A stretch of 32,000 nucleotides of DNA from Thermosulfurimonas dismutans (GTDB lineage: Bacteria; Desulfobacterota; Thermodesulfobacteria; Thermodesulfobacteriales; Thermodesulfobacteriaceae): assembly GCF_001652585.1 (NCBI RefSeq), contig NZ_LWLG01000008.1, forward strand, positions 30,001-62,000, given 5' to 3'. Positions 17,179-28,552 of this stretch are shown piece by piece. Position 1 is the stretch's first letter. Each line of letters starts with the position of its first letter. Position numbers and translations under genes: made by a program. The notes under the pieces were generated by a model. That model ran no database searches and had not been told where the DNA came from. It was given only the letters and a program-made list of their open reading frames with translations.

Positions 17179-18252
17179 TTAAAGGCCGTATTTGTCCCTC
17201 AAAAACCGTTCAAAGTCCGATTTGCGAGAGCTAATCTTAAGGCCGTAAAGCAGAACTTCCTTGACCTCCTCCCGCAACTCTTCGGGGACTTTTTTCTCAA
17301 GGATTTTTTCCAGAGCCTCTACAAAGATAAGGGCCTCTCTTTTGATCTCCGCGGCCTCATCTATTCGAATTCTATCCGGGTAGCGATTCTTGATCTCCTC
17401 AAGATCGTCTCTGAAGTCCTCTAGATAACCGGTGATTTTCACATAAGAATGTTCAAAGTCCAGAGTCTTAAGCTTTTCCAGATCTTTATCAGAGAGCACC
17501 TTGAAGTAAATAAAACGAGGGGCATCCTCAAAGGCTCTATAAGCGATTTGGGGATGAGGGGAGATAGAAAGGTCAACCTCTACATAACCGCTTGCTCCCT
17601 TCCGATAAGGCAGAAATTCAAACTGGATGAAGGCCCCGCTGTAGGCGGCTTTGTTGGAAAGCATTTTGAAACGGTGATAGTGCCCGAGAGCCAGATAATC
17701 GTAAGCGAGGGCCCTTTCGTCTTTCAGAGACTTTTCCTTAAACTCCGGTCTTTCGCCAAAGGCTCCGTGCATGACCGCCACATGATACGACACGCCCTCC
17801 GCAAGTCTTGTTTTGGGGTAGTCGAAAAATCCGCCGTAGAAGGCCATGCCTTCCTCTCTGAAGACCGCCACAGGGTCTTCCGGGGTTAAGAGAAACAGGT
17901 GATCTTTGCGGTCGAAATAGGACTTAACCTCCAGTCTTCGGTAAAGGGAATTTTCGGTATAGGCATCGTGTCCGCTTACCTCCTCTCTGTGAGCGTTTCC
18001 ACCTCCGGGAAGGAGTATGAAGTTTACATCTTTGGCCTCGGAAAGGAGCTCCAGAAATTCCAGAACCAGAGAGGAGGACAGGGCGTTGGAATCGAAAATA
18101 TCTCCCGCTAGCACCACGAACTTTACATCTTCTTCTCTGGCTCGAGATATCACCTCCCGAAGTTTTCGCATCACCATCCTCTGATGACCCGCTCTTCCTA
18201 GAAACGGGGATTCAACCCCTAGGTGAAGATCAGAGAGATGGTAAAGTTTCAT
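17179..18252 (-). CDS. SbcD/Mre11-like calcineurin-fold metallophosphoesterase (DNA repair exonuclease family)
   Basis: 357 aa. Phosphoesterase motifs are LSDLHLG (DxH), LAGDIFD (GD), GGGNAHRE (variant GNH), VMHG and LGHYHRF (GHxH). It is tightly followed by the SbcC-like ATPase. Confidence 0.8.
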   Translation of the reverse strand: MKLYHLSDLHLGVESPFLGRAGHQRMVMRKLREVISRAREEDVKFVVLAGDIFDSNALSSSLVLEFLELLSEAKDVNFILLPGGGNAHREEVSGHDAYTENSLYRRLEVKSYFDRKDHLFLLTPEDPVAVFREEGMAFYGGFFDYPKTRLAEGVSYHVAVMHGAFGERPEFKEKSLKDERALAYDYLALGHYHRFKMLSNKAAYSGAFIQFEFLPYRKGASGYVEVDLSISPHPQIAYRAFEDAPRFIYFKVLSDKDLEKLKTLDFEHSYVKITGYLEDFRDDLEEIKNRYPDRIRIDEAAEIKREALIFVEALEKILEKKVPEELREEVKEVLLYGLKISSRKSDFERFLRDKYGL

Positions 18253-18299
18253 CGGTAAACTCCTTTTCTTTTGGTTTGGTCTTTATTTTATAACACCTC

Positions 18300-18322
18300 A
18301 CCGTTCAATAAGTTTGAACGGT
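18300..18322 (-). terminator. Perfect 9-bp stem hairpin immediately after the DUF2779 stop codon
   Basis: ACCGTTCAA (18300-18308), loop TAAGT, TTGAACGGT (18314-18322). The minus-strand trailing sequence is A/U-rich rather than a clean U-run. A T-run (CCTATTTTT) follows on the plus strand, so it may act bidirectionally. Confidence 0.45.
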
Positions 18323-18323
18323 C

Positions 18324-19820
18324 CTATTTTTGGGAGAAGATTCGGACCAGCTCGTAAAGGGCTTGTGTGTCAAGCCCGCAATACCGCTTGAGTTCCCTTT
18401 CAAGCTTCGGGATTTCTTCCTGAGGGATCATTCCGTAGTAAGCCTGGAGATAGGCATGTGTGGCCATGCTTCCGTGACTTATTTCCAAATCCTCGTAAGA
18501 AAATCCGGGGATGACCACTGGAGCCACGCTCTTTAAAGACCATGAGCCTTTCATGTCGGGATGGTAGTAGTGGTCGTTTAAGAGCTTGCAGAGATCCACG
18601 AGACGGGCCTTAATGCTCTCCAGGTCTTCCCTGTATTCCGGAAAATCCTGAGCAAGCTGGGAGAGGATTCTCCCCTCGAAATTCCAGTAAACAAATATGG
18701 GACCTTGGGTGCCCTTGAAGAGCGTTATAAGACTTTCGACGAACTCTCTTCGCGGATCGTTTCCGCTAAGGTCTACGTATTCCCGGTGTTCCAATACTCC
18801 GGGGGCCGTTTCTATGTGACAGGAATATTGAAAGGGAATATGTTGGTAGGGACGGGTTCTTTCCCATACCGGAACCACAAAACTTACCGTTTCAAAATCG
18901 AGATAAAAGCGGGGATAAGTGTAACTCCGGAGTTTTTCCCGCAGTGTGGGATCAAAATACTCTTTGTTTCTCACCGTACATTCCCAAACCAGCTTCTGTT
19001 TTTCGGAAAGAAGACAGGCCTCCGCTTCGGTGATGTGGCGGATGTCGTAAACGCCTTTCTTAAGGAATGACTCGTAATGTTGGTTGTTGGTAATCCGGGG
19101 GAGATTCCATATCGGAAACTCTATTCCGTGGAGGTTTTTACAGTAACTCTGAAAGGGACATTTTACCGGACTATTACAGTGCGATCCGGGAAATTGGTTT
19201 ATTTCCTCAGGCGAGGCAATGATTCGGTAAGCGTCATCTATCCATTGAGGGATCTTCTGGATTTTGGGCCGACATTTTTCGGTAACATCTTCCGTTATTA
19301 AAAGGTCACCGTAGTTTCCGTCCCCCCGATATTCGAAGTTTTCGTTTATGTAGGCTACCTTGACTTTGGTTACCGGTATACCGGAATTTTGTAAAGTAAA
19401 CCACTGTATAGCACAATCATCGAGGTAATAATCTTTTATTTTCTTGGCAGATTTTACTTCTATCAGTTCGTATTTGTTTCTTAGTCTTTTCAAAATGTCC
19501 ACTCGAACGAGGAGTCCTTGGTGAGCAAAAGCGGGTTCAAAAAATGCCGAATGTATGTTCTCATTTATCAATTGTTTGGTTTTTTCCAGAGTATGAGATA
19601 GATTTTGAGAATACTCAATCAGAATACCTCCTGGATATCGTGTTCTAGCTATTTCGTTTAATTTGTTTCCCCAGAAGATACATAACTTCAGTTCGTCTTT
19701 ATTTTCTTCCTTAAGTTCCGGCTTGTGGACTTCAAGCCATAACCTTTTCGGACATTGAAGATAAGACATGATCCGGCTTTTCGATAAACCGATGTTTTGA
19801 CTTTTAAGATTGTGTCGCAT
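18324..19820 (-). CDS. DUF2779-type protein: N-terminal Cas4/RecB-like PD-(D/E)xK nuclease with Cys cluster, plus C-terminal RNase H/DEDD-like exonuclease-fold region
   Basis: 498 aa. The N-terminus LSKSRIMSYLQCPKRLWLEV is characteristic of DUF2779 proteins as I recall them. VRVDILK...YELIEVKSAKK fits D...ExK. CNSPVKCPFQSYC together with the N-terminal Cys suggests an Fe-S cluster. FYLDFETVSF and CGLDTQAL look like exonuclease-fold acidic motifs. A strong AAGGAGGG RBS is present. Confidence 0.65.
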   Translation of the reverse strand: MRHNLKSQNIGLSKSRIMSYLQCPKRLWLEVHKPELKEENKDELKLCIFWGNKLNEIARTRYPGGILIEYSQNLSHTLEKTKQLINENIHSAFFEPAFAHQGLLVRVDILKRLRNKYELIEVKSAKKIKDYYLDDCAIQWFTLQNSGIPVTKVKVAYINENFEYRGDGNYGDLLITEDVTEKCRPKIQKIPQWIDDAYRIIASPEEINQFPGSHCNSPVKCPFQSYCKNLHGIEFPIWNLPRITNNQHYESFLKKGVYDIRHITEAEACLLSEKQKLVWECTVRNKEYFDPTLREKLRSYTYPRFYLDFETVSFVVPVWERTRPYQHIPFQYSCHIETAPGVLEHREYVDLSGNDPRREFVESLITLFKGTQGPIFVYWNFEGRILSQLAQDFPEYREDLESIKARLVDLCKLLNDHYYHPDMKGSWSLKSVAPVVIPGFSYEDLEISHGSMATHAYLQAYYGMIPQEEIPKLERELKRYCGLDTQALYELVRIFSQK

Positions 19821-19918
19821 TTTTGGCCCTCCTTATTCTTCATTGCCTCCTGAACTCCCCGAGGAGTGGCCTAGCCGGCCCCTCCCCGGGGCTAGCCATT
19901 AGCGGTTATTCCTCCTTT

Positions 19919-21001
19919 CTATTTAGAGAGGCAAAAGCCAATTCTAGAAATGACCGTAAGTCCTTTGATCTTCTTACTGCCAGTTCTTAGAAACGGAAAT
20001 CGCTCTTCAAGAAGCTCCACCTCCACCCGGTTTACCAGATACCGAAAAGTCACTTCGAGACTTTTATGCGCCGCCAAAACCTTTCGGGCCACCTTGCGGA
20101 CAGTCTCAGCAGAATACCTCTTCAAGACATTCGAAAGGTTCCTGTAAGAAAGGTTCAGGAGAACCTTCACCTTCTCCTCCGGGCTGTAAGGCGGAAACTC
20201 GATGAACTCCACCCGATCGCAAAGCTCCGGTAGCCCTTCGAACTCCCCGGTCCTATTCCCCGCAAGCATCACAAAAACCTTGTACCTCATATCATGCCTG
20301 CGACTAGGAAACATCCCGGAAACAAAGTTGTCCTCCAGAGGTTGGGCTGGATCAAGCAGTTTCACCAGGATGGGCACGATCTCTACCCCGGCCTTGTCCA
20401 CTTCATCCAGAAAGACGATCACCACCCGGTGTTTCTTCTGCGCCACAAGCTTCAAGATCTCCGAAGGATGGGCGTTGGAATAGTGAGCTTCGGTCCCGAA
20501 AAGTTTCATGTCCATCTGTTCCTTCCCTTCATCCCCCGAGGTGCAGACCACTCTCATCACGCAGGCCGAAATTCCAATTCTCTCAAGCGCATACCGAAGC
20601 GCCACGACCGCCTGGCTCTTGCCTGTTCCCGGAGGTCCCACCAGGAAAGGAGCCCGCGTGCACCGAGACCCCATCAAAAACTTTAAAAGAAACTGCACCA
20701 GAATCCTCTTAACCACCTCTTCCCTTAAAGGAAGCTCCCTTTTCATGTGCTCGAAAAGCTCAAGGACCTTTTCATCGGAAAGATTTTCTAAGACCGGACG
20801 CTGAAGTTGGGGATAGAAAAGCCGAAATTCGTCAAGACCAGCTACCAAAGCCCTTGCCCTCACCACCACGTCGTCATCTCCTTTGAAAGAGCCCTTTTCA
20901 AGCTCCTCCAAAAGCTCCTCTTTGAGACCGTAAAGATGCTTGGCGAGAAGCTCTTCCTTTAGCCTCAAAAGTTTTTGCTTCGGGCAATGACACTCTTTCA
21001 T
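19919..21001 (-). CDS. Lon-like AAA+ ATPase module without a protease domain
   Basis: Walker A is VGPPGTGKSQ and Walker B is VIVFLDEVDK. LLDPAQPLEDNF...YKVFVMLAGN...LCDRVEFIEFPPYSPEEK is collinear with the Lon AAA+ module (LDPEQN..F.D.....DLS.V.FI.TAN....L.DRME.I...GY...EK). I place the start at ATG 21001 (MKECHCPKQ), which has AAAGGAGGAG 6 nt upstream. The track ORF extends to 21172. Confidence 0.7.
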   Translation of the reverse strand: MKECHCPKQKLLRLKEELLAKHLYGLKEELLEELEKGSFKGDDDVVVRARALVAGLDEFRLFYPQLQRPVLENLSDEKVLELFEHMKRELPLREEVVKRILVQFLLKFLMGSRCTRAPFLVGPPGTGKSQAVVALRYALERIGISACVMRVVCTSGDEGKEQMDMKLFGTEAHYSNAHPSEILKLVAQKKHRVVIVFLDEVDKAGVEIVPILVKLLDPAQPLEDNFVSGMFPSRRHDMRYKVFVMLAGNRTGEFEGLPELCDRVEFIEFPPYSPEEKVKVLLNLSYRNLSNVLKRYSAETVRKVARKVLAAHKSLEVTFRYLVNRVEVELLEERFPFLRTGSKKIKGLTVISRIGFCLSK

Positions 21002-21035
21002 GGCGCTCCTCCTTTTAGGGTTTTCACCCCTGTCT

Positions 21036-21069
21036 AAAAAGAAGAAAAAAGCCCCCTCCGAAGGAGCGG
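21036..21069 (-). terminator. Candidate intrinsic terminator downstream of the Dam-like gene and its trailing gap
   Basis: The minus strand reads CCGCTCCTTCGGAGGGGGCTTTTTTCTTCTTTTT. The stem is short and interrupted (CTCC/GGAG with a UUC loop, plus 2 outer pairs) and is followed by a long U-rich run. It sits just upstream of the strong RBS/ATG at 21001. Confidence 0.35.
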
Positions 21070-21710
21070 ATGCCGCAGGCCCTAATATCCGGAAACTCCG
21101 CACAAGGAGGAGCACCACGAAAACCAACGCAACCAAGATCGCCATGAGATCCAGATCCAGACCAAGATCCATTCCCTTTCGTCCTCCCCTTCGGTGTCCT
21201 CACCTAAAGAAAGATCCGAGGAAAAGATCTTTCCGGAAGGACTCAGGAAGCTTTCAGAAGGGCCTCAAGGGGGTCTCGGGGAAGAATATATAGATCCAAT
21301 AATGATTAGTTCTTCCTGGCAGAGTCGATCCTTCCCACCAAAGAGTAGATCTTTTGCCATCTCGAATCTAAGTTCTCCCTCTACTAGGGTGGCCAGCAGG
21401 TTTCCGGCAGGTCTGAATCTCAAAATGCCCAACGGTTGTCGAAAAACACCGCCTTCTCAAATTGAAAAACGATTTTCTAAAAACTCAGTATGGCAGAAAT
21501 TCGTGGAACGGTCGTCATTTTCGAATCACTTTTTGATCTTGCGAGACTCTTCCTGGAGAAAAGATCTGGGGGAGTCCGCAGAAGAAAAGGGCTCGATCCA
21601 GAGAGGCCTCTGGCAGGCGATTTTTTTCGCAATATCCCTCTTTCGGCTGGCCTTTAAGAAGAAAAAGCCTACATTACTGCAACTTAAAGGCACCTGAGTC
21701 GGATCATTCT

Positions 21711-22808
21711 TCAGGTAAAGTCTTGATCCTCCACGAAAGGACCGTCCCTCACTCGAAGCCAATTTTTGAAAACGGGTTCGATTACGGCTACCAACCCTTC
21801 GGCAGGGTGGCGTCCTTCGGAAACATCCGGCCACCGCCAAGCGGCGACCTCCGTCTCCATCCAACCTATCCCCTCCTCAGAAGAGGAAGAGTTTTGAAAA
21901 CCATCTTTCGAAAAATCGCCCTCCGAGATCGAAAGCGAAAAGCAATTCCGAGTAAGATCCTCAAGAGGTAACCCGGGCCTCAGCTCGGCGGGAACCTCCA
22001 GGTTTCCCCAGAAGATGAACTCCCGATACTTCCCTCGCCCTTCCTTTTTAGCAGCCAAACAGCTTACCCTCTCCACCAGGGCCAGGTTTTCCCCGAAAAC
22101 CTCCCGGTACATCTCAACGAGCCCCTCGTTAAAGACATTCGTCCCTAGGATCACGGCTCCCCGCTCAAGAGCCCGCGATAGAGCCTTGAGGAGCCTCTCC
22201 TGATCCTCCCAGCCGAAGGCCTTGAGCACATAGTCCTTGAACCCTCTTTTTTCGGGAAGCGCATACGGAGGATCTATGAAGAGAAAGTCACCCTTCCCCG
22301 CCAGATCCACCAGAGCCTCAAAATCGCTCACGCGGAGATCCGCAGCTTGAAGGGCCCAGGAAACCTCCTCCCAAAATTCCGGAGGCAAAAGAGGTTTGAT
22401 CTCCTTACCCATGGGGGCGTTGAACTCACCTCGCAGGTTGTACCGACAAAGCCCATTGAAACAGGCACTGTTCAAGTAAAGAAACCATGCCGCCCGCTCG
22501 AAGATTGCTTCGGGCCTCTCCTTTCGAACTCGGGTGTAATACTCCTTTGAGTGTTTTTCGTAGTGGACCTTGAGAAGCTCGTAGACACGGCACCAGTCCT
22601 CCCGCAGTGCCTCATAGGTAAGGATCAGATCTTCGTTTATGTCTCCCAGGATCGCTTTCTCGGGAAGAAGATAGAAGAAAACCGCTGCGGAGCCCACAAA
22701 GGGCTCGATGTAGCGGTTGAACTCCCTGGGAAACATATCCCCATACCTTGCGGTAAGCCACCTCTTGCCTCCCACCCACCGCAGAAAAGGCTTCAAGCCC
22801 CTTCTCAT
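21711..22808 (-). CDS. Dam-family (D12 class, alpha-type) N6-adenine DNA methyltransferase with ~80-aa C-terminal extension
   Basis: 365 aa. The N-terminus is LKPFLRWVGGKRWL, followed by EPFVGSAAVF (AdoMet loop) and FLFIDPPYA (DPPY). Typical Dam enzymes end near aa 280; here an extra acidic/Trp-rich tail follows. No adjacent restriction endonuclease is recognisable. Confidence 0.8.
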   Translation of the reverse strand: MRRGLKPFLRWVGGKRWLTARYGDMFPREFNRYIEPFVGSAAVFFYLLPEKAILGDINEDLILTYEALREDWCRVYELLKVHYEKHSKEYYTRVRKERPEAIFERAAWFLYLNSACFNGLCRYNLRGEFNAPMGKEIKPLLPPEFWEEVSWALQAADLRVSDFEALVDLAGKGDFLFIDPPYALPEKRGFKDYVLKAFGWEDQERLLKALSRALERGAVILGTNVFNEGLVEMYREVFGENLALVERVSCLAAKKEGRGKYREFIFWGNLEVPAELRPGLPLEDLTRNCFSLSISEGDFSKDGFQNSSSSEEGIGWMETEVAAWRWPDVSEGRHPAEGLVAVIEPVFKNWLRVRDGPFVEDQDFT

Positions 22809-22922
22809 AATTCGGGTCTCTCCTCGCAGGGTGCTTTTAGTCCTTTTAAAAAAAAGAAGCCCCGAGGAAAAATCGTGCGGTGGAAGTATGTGAAGATGTT
22901 GGGCAGGCTTGGGCGAGAGACT

Positions 22923-23315
22923 TCAGATTTTCAAATACTCTCTTAAGCTCAAAATCCTGATCCCCTCAAACTGGACAAGATCCAAGATCTCCCGGTCTCC
23001 GGTAACGATGACCTCGGCTCCAGCCTCTACTGCACACTCCAGAATCCGATTGTCCGCTTCATCCGAAAGGATAGTTAGCTTCCTCTTAGGACTTACAAAT
23101 TGAGCTATTTCAGATAGCCATACCGCTAGGCGGGCAAGTTCTTCCCGGTCTTTGCTGAACTTAGTCGCTAAGACTCTCAATAGCTCGTCAAGGATCGCTT
23201 TGGAAATGAAAAGCTCGTCTTTCCCTTCAAGGACTCGATAGATGGCCTTTTCCGCAAGACCTCCGGGAAAAACCAGAGCGGAAATATAAATGTTGGTATC
23301 GAAGACAACCCGCAT
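22923..23315 (-). CDS. PIN-domain toxin (VapC-like)
   Basis: MRVVFDTNIYISAL...DEADNRILECAVEAGAEVIVTGDREIL shows the PIN acidic residues (DTN, D..D, TGD). I choose ATG 23315..23313, which overlaps the antitoxin TAA as TAATG. The track ORF starts 18 nt further upstream. Confidence 0.75.
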   Translation of the reverse strand: MRVVFDTNIYISALVFPGGLAEKAIYRVLEGKDELFISKAILDELLRVLATKFSKDREELARLAVWLSEIAQFVSPKRKLTILSDEADNRILECAVEAGAEVIVTGDREILDLVQFEGIRILSLREYLKI

Positions 23316-23551
23316 TAATCCTTGAGATAGCACTCAAGATCCTCTTCGGTGAGGATGCCCTTCTCGCGGGCCTTGCGAGACCAGTAGTCCTGGATGGACT
23401 TAAATTCCTCGGAAAGCCTTTGCCTTTTGAGAAGCCTCAAGGCCTCCTGAACCACGCCACTAAGAGTCTTTCCTTCCTCCCGGGCTATCTCCTCCGCCAC
23501 CCGGGCAAGCTCGGGCGGAAGGGAAATGGTCTTTTTAACCACCCGGGGCAT
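23315..23551 (-). CDS. Ribbon-helix-helix (CopG/VapB-like) antitoxin
   Basis: 78 aa. KKTISLPPELARVAEEIAREEGKTLSGVVQEALRLL fits a beta-strand plus two helices RHH pattern. It is translationally coupled to the PIN gene. Confidence 0.65.
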   Translation of the reverse strand: MPRVVKKTISLPPELARVAEEIAREEGKTLSGVVQEALRLLKRQRLSEEFKSIQDYWSRKAREKGILTEEDLECYLKD

Positions 23552-23662
23552 CTCATTCCCTCCTCAAGAATTGGTATGAATAAATCATACCACAAATTAC
23601 TTCTGTCTCCTAGAAGGCTTCCATTCGTTTTCTTCCTGATGGCGAAGGCACAAAAATGAAAC

Positions 23663-24934
23663 GTGAGGATTGACAGAGAGCTTCTGATGGTGCTACTGGA
23701 TCTCGAGAAGCTCGTGGCGCCTCCCGAGAGGGAGCGCAAGGGGCCTCGGGTGCGGATCAAGACCAAAGAGAAGTGCCCAAAATGCGGAAAAGCCTTCGCC
23801 GAGACCCCCGTAGGTTATCTGTGCCTCAAATGTAAGACCGTCCCACGCAGATTTTACATCTACCTGAGTTGGAAGGGCCGCAAAATCAAGATCTACTCAT
23901 TCAAAGACGGACAGCCGCTCTCCTCTTGGGAGCTTGCCAAGCGTGCGCGGGAGCTGATCCAGCATGAAATCGAGTCGGGTGTTTTCGACCCTTCTAAATG
24001 GGTAAAGGGCGAACTCAAGCAATACTTACTCCCTACCCTCATCAAGGACTACTTGGAGACGAAAAAAGATCTCAAGCCTTCCACTTACCGTGATAAACGA
24101 AACACCCTCCGCCTCATTGAGAAAGCCCTCGGCCCCATGGATGTTCGCGAAATCCAGGGCGTCCACCTCCACCGCCTTGCAATGGACTGGCAGAAAGAAG
24201 GTCTCTCCCCAAAAACCATCCGCAACCGCCTGGTGGACTTCCGGGCTTTTCTGAACTGGCTGAAGCGCCGGGGTATCCTTCAGGAGGTTCCTCCCCTCCC
24301 GGAGATTCGGGTTCCCGAGCCGGAGATCAGGTGGCTCGATCCGGAGACACAGGAGCGTATCCTCGCCGAGATACCGGAGGTCCATCGGCCCATCTTCGAG
24401 TTCATGTTCCTCACCGGGTGCCGCCCTGGTGAGGCCCGAGCGTTAATGTGGGATGCGGTCCACCTCAAAGAGGGCTTCGTCCTCATCAAGCGGACATTCA
24501 GCGCCGACCGGCTGGTGGAGGCTCCCAAGGAGGGGAAAGCCAAGGCCATTCCCATTGTGGGGAGGCTCAGGGATCTTTTCGAGGATCTTGCGCGGAACAA
24601 GGTCTCAATGTTCGTCTTCGCCCGGAAGGTGCCCGGCTACAAAGACCCAAGACCTTACTCCGCGAAGTTCCTCTCCCTTACCTTCAAAGAGGCCTGTCGC
24701 AAGGCGGGTGTGGAGGGGATAAATCTCTACCAGGCCGTCCGCCACTCTTTCGCCATGCAACTCCTACAGCTCGGCTTCACCTACGAACAGGTCGGCGCGG
24801 CCCTGGGGCACCGTAGCCCATCCACCACCCGGAAATATGGCCGCTTGAACGCCATGATGGTGGCTCCGGTCTTTGAGGCCAAGCAGAAGGTGGTCTCCCT
24901 AGAGGAGAGCCGCCGCCGGAAAAACCGGGAATAA
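23663..24934 (+). CDS. Tyrosine recombinase / phage-type integrase with N-terminal zinc ribbon
   Basis: 423 aa. CPKCG...CLKCK is a Zn ribbon. Catalytic residues are in TGCRPGEARAL (Arg), VRHSFA (HxxR), LGHRS (His) and RKYGRL (Tyr). The track start at 23663 is GTG; ATG at 23687 is an alternative. The gene is transcribed toward tRNA-Asn 179 bp away. Confidence 0.85.
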   Translation: MRIDRELLMVLLDLEKLVAPPERERKGPRVRIKTKEKCPKCGKAFAETPVGYLCLKCKTVPRRFYIYLSWKGRKIKIYSFKDGQPLSSWELAKRARELIQHEIESGVFDPSKWVKGELKQYLLPTLIKDYLETKKDLKPSTYRDKRNTLRLIEKALGPMDVREIQGVHLHRLAMDWQKEGLSPKTIRNRLVDFRAFLNWLKRRGILQEVPPLPEIRVPEPEIRWLDPETQERILAEIPEVHRPIFEFMFLTGCRPGEARALMWDAVHLKEGFVLIKRTFSADRLVEAPKEGKAKAIPIVGRLRDLFEDLARNKVSMFVFARKVPGYKDPRPYSAKFLSLTFKEACRKAGVEGINLYQAVRHSFAMQLLQLGFTYEQVGAALGHRSPSTTRKYGRLNAMMVAPVFEAKQKVVSLEESRRRKNRE

Positions 24935-25112
24935 TCACCCAAAATCAGAGCCGAACCTCTCGGGACCCCTCTTATTGAGAATGGATTGCAGCGAGTTTTC
25001 GTCGGTTTCTCGCGGACTTATAGAGCAAGTGCCCCAATGGTGCCCCAAGCACCTTATCGCAATTTGTTCTCAAGAGCGGGTGTTTTGTAAGTAGGGAACT
25101 TTCCGGGAATTT

Positions 25113-25188
25113 TTGGCTCCCCGGGCAGGACTCGAACCTGCAACCTACGGGTTAACAGCCCGCCGCTCTGCCGATTGAGCTACCGGGG
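25113..25188 (-). tRNA. tRNA-Asn (anticodon GTT), CCA encoded
   Basis: The minus strand reads TCCCCGG TA GCTC AATCGGCA GAGC G GCGGG CTGTTAA CCCGT AGGTT GCAGG TTCGAGT CCTGC CCGGGGA G CCA. This folds as a full 76-nt cloverleaf with a 7-bp acceptor stem, TTCGAGT T-loop and GTT anticodon. It closely resembles bacterial tRNA-Asn. Confidence 0.93.
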
Positions 25189-25229
25189 AACCAATCAGTT
25201 CTTAAAGTTATAAAGGGCCTACGGCCTTG

Positions 25230-28539
<3,310 letters not shown>

Positions 28540-28552
<13 letters not shown>

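Larger units (their letters stand above)
19919..25112. mobile_element. Minimal extent of an integrase-linked island abutting the 3' end of tRNA-Asn (integrase, TA pair, Dam-like methyltransferase, Lon-like ATPase); it may extend left across the whole defense array
   Basis: Integrase next to a tRNA 3' end is the classic island insertion geometry. Accessory-type cargo follows to the left. I found no second copy of the tRNA 3' segment in the window, so the left boundary is undefined. Confidence 0.4.

Noticed and set aside
19867-19898. GC-rich imperfect palindrome TGGCCTAGCCGGCCCCTCCCCGGGGCTAGCCA, considered as the distal att site because it shares CTCCCCGGG with the tRNA-Asn 3' end
   Set aside because: Only 9 nt are shared, which is too short to call a direct repeat. 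It is more simply a stem-loop between the AAA+ stop and the DUF2779 start, and it lacks a U-run, so it is not listed as a terminator either.
21002-21172. N-terminal transmembrane-looking extension (MDLGLDLDLMAILVALVFVVLLLV...) of the AAA+ ORF as given in the track
   Set aside because: A much better start exists at 21001 (AAAGGAGGAG 6 nt upstream). A U-rich terminator-like element lies inside the putative extension. The extension is encoded by the repetitive GATC-rich run, so the membrane anchor is probably an ORF-calling artefact.
21194-21697. 167-aa plus-strand ORF filling the Dam/AAA intergenic gap
   Set aside because: It is Ser/Pro/Arg/Lys-rich low-complexity sequence with no motif and no RBS that I could see, and it runs opposite to every neighbouring gene. 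I treat it as a chance ORF in non-coding DNA.
24026-24816. Several 89-122-aa ORFs on both strands overlapping the integrase gene
   Set aside because: They are Arg/Gly/Pro-rich alternative frames of a GC-rich gene. The integrase frame carries the full R-H-R-H-Y catalytic set and explains the region.
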